DNA of 64,000 nucleotides from Candidatus Parcubacteria bacterium. GTDB lineage: Bacteria > Patescibacteriota > Patescibacteriia > Patescibacteriales > UBA12465. This document shows positions 17,907 through 24,185 of this stretch, piece by piece; position 1 is the first letter of the stretch, and every line of letters begins with the position of its first letter. The notes beneath the pieces are model-generated. The model made no database searches. It had not been told where the DNA came from and was given only the letters and a program-made list of their open reading frames with translations. The position numbers and the translations under genes were made by a program. The stretch spans positions 133,470 through 197,469 of the forward strand of contig AP029158.1 of the NCBI GenBank assembly GCA_037076615.1, written 5' to 3'.

Positions 17907-17935
17907 TAAAATACGCCCAAATGGGCGTATTTTTG
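17907..17935 (+). terminator. Intrinsic terminator ending the long R-M/CBASS gene string
   Basis: ATACGCCC-AAAT-GGGCGTAT (17911-17930) followed by TTTTT. Confidence 0.65.
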
Positions 17936-17999
17936 TAATTGTAGACAAACTGTAGGTAACTTTTCTTTACTTTTAGGCCTGTTTAAGCTATATTTTAAG

Positions 18000-18147
18000 T
18001 GCGAAACCACAATTGAATATTCCGAAAGAAGCATGAAAAATGCTGTCATTTGTATACAGGAACGGGCACTCCGACCCTATACAAGTGGCAGTCTTTCGGG
18101 ACACCAATTGTGGTTTCGCAACCAAGGTCGGGTGTCCGTTTTTGTTT
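18000..18147 (+). promoter_or_regulatory. Riboswitch-like structured 5' leader with a terminator-type expression platform
   Basis: Perfect 16-bp long-range helix 18000-18015 / 18105-18120 encloses nested helices 18022-18029/18092-18099, 18030-18034/18040-18044 and 18050-18056/18078-18084. Alternative pairings end at a T-run (18139-18143). Confidence 0.5.
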
Positions 18148-18175
18148 AGTGAAATTAAATATTAATATAAAAAAT

Positions 18176-18844
18176 ATGGATAATATTATTGGATTTATAC
18201 TTTTTATTTCTTTCCTATCCTTTTTTGTCGGGCTAATAAAGCCCAGCATTTTTAGCAGAGTTTTTAAAAATAAAAAGGAGATAAATCGCAAATTTATACT
18301 AAAAGTTTTTGGCTCTAGCACTTTCGCCCTATTATTAATACTAGGAATGGTATCTGAAAACAAGTCTGATAATATTGATCCAATAGTTAATAATTCGGCT
18401 GAGGTGTTTGTTGAAGAAAAGGCTGAAAGTTTTGTAGAAGAAATTCAAGAAGATGAGGCACTGTCTCAGGATGAGCTTGTTAGTGCCAATCAAGCAGAGC
18501 CTGTAACGACTAAAATCGTGACTGAAAACAAAGAGGAGGTCGCCCATGTCACCAATCAGCCCGCCAAAGAGATAAATAATGCAAAAACAGATAACGCTCC
18601 TGGTACAGAAATAATTAAGACAGACCTAACTCCACCCACAGAAGAAAGTGAGCCAGTTCAGCCAACTAAAGCTGTAGTTAGCGGGAAGTTTTATACCTCA
18701 TCTCATGGTAGTGCCAAGTACTATTATCCTGCAAGTTGTTCTGACTGGCAAAATTTAAGTCAAAGCTATTTACGAGAGTTTGATTCTTTAGAATCTTTAT
18801 TAAAAAAATATCCGTCTAGGACCTTAAGTCCTACGTGTAATTAA
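18176..18844 (+). CDS. Membrane-anchored protein with an acidic linker and a small Cys-containing C-terminal domain
   Basis: Start moved to MDNIIGF because the ORF-track N-terminus reads through the structured leader. Two N-terminal TM helices. C-terminus is GKFYTSSHGSAKYYYPASCSDW...SPTC. Confidence 0.5.
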   Translation: MDNIIGFILFISFLSFFVGLIKPSIFSRVFKNKKEINRKFILKVFGSSTFALLLILGMVSENKSDNIDPIVNNSAEVFVEEKAESFVEEIQEDEALSQDELVSANQAEPVTTKIVTENKEEVAHVTNQPAKEINNAKTDNAPGTEIIKTDLTPPTEESEPVQPTKAVVSGKFYTSSHGSAKYYYPASCSDWQNLSQSYLREFDSLESLLKKYPSRTLSPTCN

Positions 18845-18853
18845 TAAAAATAT

Positions 18854-19057
18854 ATGAAAAAGAAAACACCCGCCGCTTTATTAGCACTTTTTCTAGGAGG
18901 ATTTGGAATTCATAAGTTCTACCTAGGCAAAACCACTCCAGGAGTTTTTTACCTTTTATTTTGCTGGACATTTATACCGGCGATTTTGGCATTCATCGAT
19001 TTTATAATAATATTATCGACCAACAAAGAAGCATTTAATAAAAAGTATAACGTTTAG
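18854..19057 (+). CDS. TM2 domain protein (67 aa)
   Basis: LALFLGGFGIHKFYLGKTTPGVFYLLFCWTFIP matches the TM2-domain pattern. Confidence 0.6.
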   Translation: MKKKTPAALLALFLGGFGIHKFYLGKTTPGVFYLLFCWTFIPAILAFIDFIIILSTNKEAFNKKYNV

Positions 19058-19509
19058 TTCGGCTGATTATCAATAGGATAGTGACCGTATTTTTGCTTAT
19101 ACATGTTAAATGCTTCATAAATTGATTTACTCTGTTGCTTGTTAAAACCTTTACTTTTTGTAGTCCCGCATTGGTCACATTTTTCTCCGATTTTAACCTC
19201 TTTTTTCGGAGGCTGAAAAATGACTGGCATTTTAGGGTAGTATCTCGAATCGTTGTTAGCAAGGAAATACCTAATTGACGGCCCGTCTCCTTCGTTTATT
19301 TTCTTATATAAAGCCATTTCTGTAATATCAATCAATTCTTTTCTGCCAAAATGCAAAGCATTGTCTACTTTCTCTTTGAAATTAGCATTGTTTTTTATCC
19401 AGCGATATATTGTTGCCTTGCTAATCCCAACTTTTTTACAGGCATAGCTTATAAAAGGTCTTTCTCTAAGAATTTCCAGAAATTTAGATTTTTCTAGATT
19501 AGTTCTCAT
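19054..19509 (-). CDS. HTH DNA-binding protein (terminase-small-subunit-like N-terminus)
   Basis: ACKKVGISKATIYRWIKNN helix-turn-helix. Overlaps the upstream ParB-MTase gene by 11 nt. Confidence 0.45.
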   Translation of the reverse strand: MRTNLEKSKFLEILRERPFISYACKKVGISKATIYRWIKNNANFKEKVDNALHFGRKELIDITEMALYKKINEGDGPSIRYFLANNDSRYYPKMPVIFQPPKKEVKIGEKCDQCGTTKSKGFNKQQSKSIYEAFNMYKQKYGHYPIDNQPN

Positions 19510-20833
19510 ATATTTTCACTCTTTTTTTGCCCGTCATTTTTTCCCAGCGATTAAGTATTACCTCTGCATAGACAGGTGATTTTTCCATCAGAAAACAACG
19601 GCGACCTATTTTATTAGAAGCAATAAGAGTGCTTCCGCTTCCACCAAAAGGCTCAAGTACTAACTGCCCCCGAGTCGTTAGTACTTTTATGTATGGGATA
19701 AGTATTTCTAGTGGCTTAGTGCCAAAGATTATGCCTTGTCCTGATGATTGCTCGTCGGCCGCTTTAAACTCTATAAAATCTGTAGGGCAATACTTTTTAC
19801 CTTTGCCATATGATTCCCAGTGAGGTTTGCCAGAAATAGCAAACAGAGCAGTCTCGTATTCATTTTTTACTAACTCATCTTCTGGCTCTTCATTAGCCTC
19901 AGTAAAATTTTCACTGGTGCCAACCATAGCGATGTCATACTTTGAAAAGAATTTATGCTTTGAAGCATAACCCTGGTTTCTGTTAGGTAAATGCCAGACT
20001 AACATATTCCTTACTTTCCAATATTTTTCCATCTCGCCCCAAATGATGCGAATATTTTTCCAATTCTCATAAACAATAATTGAAAAGTTTTCTGCTTGTA
20101 CTTTAGAAACATTGGCCATCCATAGCTCTGTAAAGTTGTCGGGCAAAGAATCCGTCTCCAAATAGCGCCTATTTTTCTTAGCGCCAAATCCAGTGGTTGC
20201 CTCGCCGTGCCTAGATTTACCGTGCAGATAATCCAGAATATATGGTGGGTCAGTCATGACCATATCGATCTTGTGATCTCCGACCAGTCTTAGCATGTCA
20301 GCTTCGATGGTACTATCTCCGCACATTAGCCGTGAACCGTCCAGATCATAGACATCGCCTTTCTTGACGCTTATCTCCTCAATATTTAGCTTTTTCAATT
20401 CTTTCTCTAAATCGAAGATTTCGGTATTGTCCTCATCCTCGAAGATATCATCCAATTCTTCGGAATCGAAGCCAATGTCCTGCAAGAACGCTTCATCAAA
20501 TTCGGCAAGTAGACCGTAGTCGAATTCGCCAAGATTCTTATTGAGCCTGAGATTTAGTTCTTTTTCCTTTTCTAAATCAGGAATGTTTATATAGCAGACT
20601 GGCACAGTCTCGAAGCCTAGTTCCTTGGCCATCTGCCAGCGAAAGTGTCCGCCGATTATGACATTCATCCGCTCCGGAGCGGAATTGACTACGAAGGGAT
20701 CGACGAGGCCGAAGCGTCGTAGGCTCTCCTTGAGCTGTTCACTTGCTTCCTTATCCCACTTGCGGGGATTGTATTCAGCGGGTCTTAACTCGCCGATGGG
20801 CAGGTAAGTCACCTGCAAATCTTTTCTTTCCAT
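19499..20833 (-). CDS. ParB-like nuclease domain fused to a DNA (N4/N6) methyltransferase
   Basis: ParB N-terminal LPIGELRPAEYNPRKW, catalytic motif TDPPY and SAM motif EPFGGSGSTLIAS. Confidence 0.8.
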   Translation of the reverse strand: MERKDLQVTYLPIGELRPAEYNPRKWDKEASEQLKESLRRFGLVDPFVVNSAPERMNVIIGGHFRWQMAKELGFETVPVCYINIPDLEKEKELNLRLNKNLGEFDYGLLAEFDEAFLQDIGFDSEELDDIFEDEDNTEIFDLEKELKKLNIEEISVKKGDVYDLDGSRLMCGDSTIEADMLRLVGDHKIDMVMTDPPYILDYLHGKSRHGEATTGFGAKKNRRYLETDSLPDNFTELWMANVSKVQAENFSIIVYENWKNIRIIWGEMEKYWKVRNMLVWHLPNRNQGYASKHKFFSKYDIAMVGTSENFTEANEEPEDELVKNEYETALFAISGKPHWESYGKGKKYCPTDFIEFKAADEQSSGQGIIFGTKPLEILIPYIKVLTTRGQLVLEPFGGSGSTLIASNKIGRRCFLMEKSPVYAEVILNRWEKMTGKKRVKIYEN

Positions 20834-21105
20834 ATTTTTAGTCGGGGTATTTTTGTAATAAAAAAGTCCAAGAAAAACTCAAAAATACCCCTATTAGAAA
20901 ATAGGAATTCTTGAACTTTTCTCGGACTTTCCTTTAGGGGTGCATTTTATTGCTACCTGGTCAGGATTACCGAACGGTAATATCTATGATATTGGTCGTG
21001 TGGCGGTTTAAAACGTTTAGAGCTTATAGCTGTTTCACGTCCTCGTTTTTGCCTGTTTCCGTGAGGCTCACGAGCACCCGCCCGGGGGGAATAAAGAACT
21101 CAGAA

Positions 21106-21133
21106 ACTATATTCATCTTACCACGGATGTCAA
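21106..21133 (-). promoter_or_regulatory. Near-consensus promoter for the ParB-MTase transcript (~265-nt leader)
   Basis: On the minus strand: TTGACA (plus coordinates 21128-21133), 16-nt spacer, TATAGT (21106-21111). Confidence 0.45.
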
Positions 21134-21292
21134 TATTGGTTAATAATAACTGTTTTAGGATGGGATTGTAAGTTGTAAATAACCTTGATTTTACTGGGTT
21201 TTTGTGATATTTTAAATTGATACATAAATTCTTGACCCTGTCATAGCATATCCCTAAAAATGATTATGACATGTGGATAAAGCACCTCATCT

Positions 21293-22057
21293 ATGAAGAT
21301 AATTAAAAAGATTATCGCAAAGAATAGAATAAAGAGAGAGATGAATGACGTTCTGGCTATAAAGCAGCTGGTGTTAGCTCATCTGCATGAATTAATAAAG
21401 CGTCGCAAAGAGATTGATGAAAATCTTTTTGAAGTGACAGCCTTTTTATTAGATGAAATAGGAGATGCTCTTGCCGCTATTATAACTTTAAAAAAGGATC
21501 ATTTGAAAAGTAGTATCATGATTTCTAGATATATATTAGAGGACTGTGTTAATTTGCAATATATCTATAAAGAAGATTCAGAAAAAAGAGCTTTAAATTA
21601 CAGAGCTTTTTCGGCAAAGGAATTATTAAATAGAGCAGAGATGTATGAGGGGGATGATGACAGAATTAAAAAAGAAATTCCAAGAATTAAAGAAAGGGCT
21701 GAAAAATATTCTCCTTCTGGAAAAAATTCTAATCATTGGGATGGTTTGTCTACTAAAAAAATAATGTCCGATTTAAATTTAGAAGGTATATATCAAATTT
21801 GGTATGTTAGAATGTCTTCTTACATCCACCCACAGTATAGGGGAAGCAAAATAAGATCTAGTGATAAGGGTGAGTATATAGAATTTTTGAAGAAAATGGT
21901 GTTTAAAGATTTAAATCTTCCAATACTCGAATCTTTAAGAGCGGTAAATAAGAAATTTGATTTGCTTGAAGGCGCAGTTATCATTAGTAATTATCCAAAA
22001 GAAAAAGCTACCTTAGTTTTTAGTATCAATGAGCGCAGAGAGCCAAAAAGGCCATGA
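21293..22057 (+). CDS. Hypothetical protein, possible HEPN-type (AbiV/DUF5677-like) abortive-infection protein
   Basis: All-helical 254-aa ORF. Candidate Rx4-6H motif RMSSYIH, and SRYILEDCVNLQYIY resembles DUF5677-type proteins (from memory). Confidence 0.35.
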   Translation: MKIIKKIIAKNRIKREMNDVLAIKQLVLAHLHELIKRRKEIDENLFEVTAFLLDEIGDALAAIITLKKDHLKSSIMISRYILEDCVNLQYIYKEDSEKRALNYRAFSAKELLNRAEMYEGDDDRIKKEIPRIKERAEKYSPSGKNSNHWDGLSTKKIMSDLNLEGIYQIWYVRMSSYIHPQYRGSKIRSSDKGEYIEFLKKMVFKDLNLPILESLRAVNKKFDLLEGAVIISNYPKEKATLVFSINERREPKRP

Positions 22058-22073
22058 AAAAAATTCATTAAAT

Positions 22074-22101
22074 TTGACTTTTCATTAATTTATGCTATAA
22101 T
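22074..22101 (+). promoter_or_regulatory. Near-consensus promoter
   Basis: TTGACT (22074-22079), 16-nt spacer, TATAAT (22096-22101). Confidence 0.55.
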
Positions 22102-22107
22102 ATAATT

Positions 22108-22300
22108 GTACTTAACAAACATAACTCTAGCACTGAGTCTAAAAAGTGCCATTTATTTCTCCTGTTTTATACAGGTAGGCAAGCTGGGAAATCTGTGGCA
22201 AGCTAAATGGAATAAGTGACTGATCGCTGAAGGCGGTTGGGAGATTTCAATCTAAGAGATAGCAATATCTTTTGATGAAATCTCTTAGCCGCTTTTTTTT
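22108..22300 (+). ncRNA. About 190-nt non-coding transcript or attenuator leader ending in a strong intrinsic terminator
   Basis: No ORF longer than about 11 codons found by manual scan of the plus strand. Hairpins GCACT..AGTGC and CCTGT..ACAGG. Terminator arms GCGGTTGGGAGATTTCA (22233-22249) and TGAAATCTCTTAGCCGC (22276-22292) followed by T8. Confidence 0.5.
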
Positions 22301-22332
22301 GTTTGTTGAGCTAGAAAGAGAGGTGATAAAAT

Positions 22333-22860
22333 ATGATAAAATTAAATAGTATTGAAGAAATGATGCAAGAGCATTGCTCTAGAATTTATTGGGAAATAGA
22401 TGATATTGATGAAAATGTTATGTTTATGGTAGCTAAAATTAACGAACAGAATTTATCTGCAGATTTAGAGAAGATGGCACGAGACCTTTTGGCTGATTTC
22501 ATTGGAGCCACTACAATTCTTAGAAGTGCTGCTATAGAGCTGGGTGAAAAGTTCGCTTGGTTTATGTTTGACCCTGGAGTAGAAAGAATAAAATTGCCAG
22601 AACTAGACACTGGAGATATTGCTCAGCTAATAAGCGATTTACTAAATGAGCAAGCAGTTAAATTTAATGACTTTATTAAGGTTCTTGAGAAAAAAAGAAA
22701 AAACAAGGAAATTGATAGTGGCATGATTGTCTTATTCTGTGAATCAGGTGGAAACATCATGAGAGATAAAGGAGAGGTCATTAACTCCTTAAGATTTTTA
22801 GCTAATAATTATAATAAATACCAATATGAAATTAACTCAAAAAATACAACAAGCAATTAA
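22333..22860 (+). CDS. Hypothetical acidic helical protein (175 aa)
   Basis: Preceded by AGAGAGGTGA 8 nt upstream, the strongest Shine-Dalgarno-like site among the starts I checked. The 3' end overlaps the next gene by 35 nt. Confidence 0.55.
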   Translation: MIKLNSIEEMMQEHCSRIYWEIDDIDENVMFMVAKINEQNLSADLEKMARDLLADFIGATTILRSAAIELGEKFAWFMFDPGVERIKLPELDTGDIAQLISDLLNEQAVKFNDFIKVLEKKRKNKEIDSGMIVLFCESGGNIMRDKGEVINSLRFLANNYNKYQYEINSKNTTSN

Positions 22861-23407
22861 TCTAGCTAGTCGCCTGCATTTAGGCCAAGTTAGAAAGGGC
22901 GATTCAGGTTTGCCTTATATCAGCCACCCTTTTTCGGTAGCCTGGATATTAAGTAATTATACTGAAGATGAGGATGTGATTATCGGTGGACTGCTTCACG
23001 ACGTTTTAGAGGACGTCAAAGGTTATTACTATGATGATCTGGTTAGGGATTTCGGCGAAAGAGTGGCTCAGATAGTTAAGGGTGTAAGCGAGGATAAAGA
23101 TCCTAATATTGAAAGTGATGAAAGGGCTACTTGGGAAGAACGAAAGTCAAAGTACTTGGCCGGCTTAGAGCACGATAGCGATGAAGCTCTAATGGTTTGC
23201 GCGGCTGATAAAATTCACAATCTTCAGTCCATGATAGACGCTTATCAAGAGAAAGGCGAAGAACTTTGGGCAAATTTTAACTCTCCAAAAGAGAAGAAGC
23301 TCTGGCTTTATTATGAGATTTTAAAGTTTATGAAGGGAAAGCTTAATAATCCAATAGTTGATGAGCTAGAAGAGGTTTATGGTCGGGCAGAGAAAATATT
23401 GTTATAA
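22826..23407 (+). CDS. RelA/SpoT-type HD-domain hydrolase (small alarmone hydrolase-like)
   Basis: LHLGQVRKGDSGLPYISHPFSVAWIL...LLHDVLEDV is the HD(p)ppGpp-hydrolase signature. No synthetase domain is present. Confidence 0.75.
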   Translation: MKLTQKIQQAINLASRLHLGQVRKGDSGLPYISHPFSVAWILSNYTEDEDVIIGGLLHDVLEDVKGYYYDDLVRDFGERVAQIVKGVSEDKDPNIESDERATWEERKSKYLAGLEHDSDEALMVCAADKIHNLQSMIDAYQEKGEELWANFNSPKEKKLWLYYEILKFMKGKLNNPIVDELEEVYGRAEKILL

Positions 23408-23426
23408 TAAAATAAATATCAAATTT

Positions 23427-23855
23427 ATGACTAAAACAATAAAAATTTGGCTCTTAAAACTTTTTCCTTTAATCATTATTTATCTGTTATTTTTAATTAA
23501 ATTTATTGGTAACAGTGATTATGAATCTTTAATTGTTTTGCTGGCAGCGCTACCTTTAACTATTTATATTTTTACTGAAAATATAAAGCTAAAGAAAAAT
23601 TTACAATATTTACTTTATTTTTTTATTGTAGGAATTATAATTTATTGGGTATTTGCATCTTATGGTTTAATATGGGGGATCTTTAATGGACAATTTATGT
23701 TCTCTGGCTTCTCCTGTTTTTTTACTGGCTGTTACGGAGAAACAGGTTGGGGTTTATTTACTCAAAGCGCATTATTTACTGTTGATTTAAAGGTATTACT
23801 TTATTTAGCTGTTATTTTTCTTGCAATTAAAAATAGAAGATTAGTTCGTAATTAA
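23427..23855 (+). CDS. Multi-pass membrane protein (142 aa from MTKTIKIW)
   Basis: Four hydrophobic segments. Start moved from the ORF-track 23379 to the first ATG past the overlap with the SAH gene end. Confidence 0.45.
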   Translation: MTKTIKIWLLKLFPLIIIYLLFLIKFIGNSDYESLIVLLAALPLTIYIFTENIKLKKNLQYLLYFFIVGIIIYWVFASYGLIWGIFNGQFMFSGFSCFFTGCYGETGWGLFTQSALFTVDLKVLLYLAVIFLAIKNRRLVRN

Positions 23856-23869
23856 GGCGCACAGATTAT

Positions 23870-24025
23870 ATGGTTAGCATGAAGGAATTTAAAAAAAGAT
23901 TAGGAAATACGGCAAATAATTATAGCGAAGAAGAGTTGATAAAATTAAGGGAAGATATGGACGGACTAGCTAACTTTTTGCTAGATGAATATGTTGATAA
24001 ATTAAAGGGCGGTAAAAAGGTTTAA
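23870..24025 (+). CDS. Small helical protein (51 aa), below the ORF-track cutoff
   Basis: Hand translation MVSMKEFKKRLGNTANNYSEEELIKLREDMDGLANFLLDEYVDKLKGGKKV. It is the last ORF before the island's right repeat. Confidence 0.3.
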   Translation: MVSMKEFKKRLGNTANNYSEEELIKLREDMDGLANFLLDEYVDKLKGGKKV

Positions 24026-24084
24026 TTCGCCTTGTATTTGTATAACGCTGATTATGTCTATGTTTGTCAAATAATACATAAAAT

Positions 24085-24142
24085 AAGATTTATTATAGTG
24101 TCTCATTTGTCTCATTTTTATTCTCAGACCCCGACCCGAGTA
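24085..24142 (+). repeat. Right copy (T2) of the tRNA-Ser trailer repeat; putative attR region
   Basis: AAGATTTATTAT..CTCATTTGTCT..GACCCGAGTA is co-linear with the trailers at 6652-6682 and 34750-34807. Contains a tandem TGTCTCATT x2 (24099-24116). Confidence 0.55.
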
Positions 24143-24185
24143 CTTAAAATCAGTTTTAGAATTATCTTTTAAAACCCCTTATAAT

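Larger units (their letters stand above)
6683..24132. mobile_element. Integrated genomic (defence) island of about 17.5 kb with a serine recombinase at its left end
   Basis: Recombinase next to a tRNA, flanking direct repeats, a visibly lower G+C than the flanks (spot counts only), and cargo of R-M, CBASS-like, methyltransferase and Abi-like genes. Confidence 0.6.

Noticed and set aside
20921-20932. Minus-strand GGAAAGTCCGAG resembles the RNase P RNA CR-I motif (GAGGAAAGUCCGGGC).
   Set aside because: None of the other conserved RNase P regions (CR-II to CR-V) could be found nearby. The segment is better explained as the 5' leader of the ParB-MTase gene.
20955-20985. CCTGGTCAGGATTACCGAACGGTAAT resembles the SRP RNA helix 8 region (GGUCAGGUCCGGAAGG).
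   Set aside because: The loop is GAAC rather than GNRA, and the 3' strand lacks the conserved AGCA. Similarity is limited to GGTCAGG.
22108-22232. Type III toxin-antitoxin RNA repeats (ToxI-like) in the non-coding unit upstream of 22333.
   Set aside because: Only an 8-mer (GGCAAGCT) occurs twice. No tandem array of 30-45-nt repeats is present, and the downstream protein does not look like ToxN/CptN/TenpN. The architecture is kept only as an analogy in the finding.
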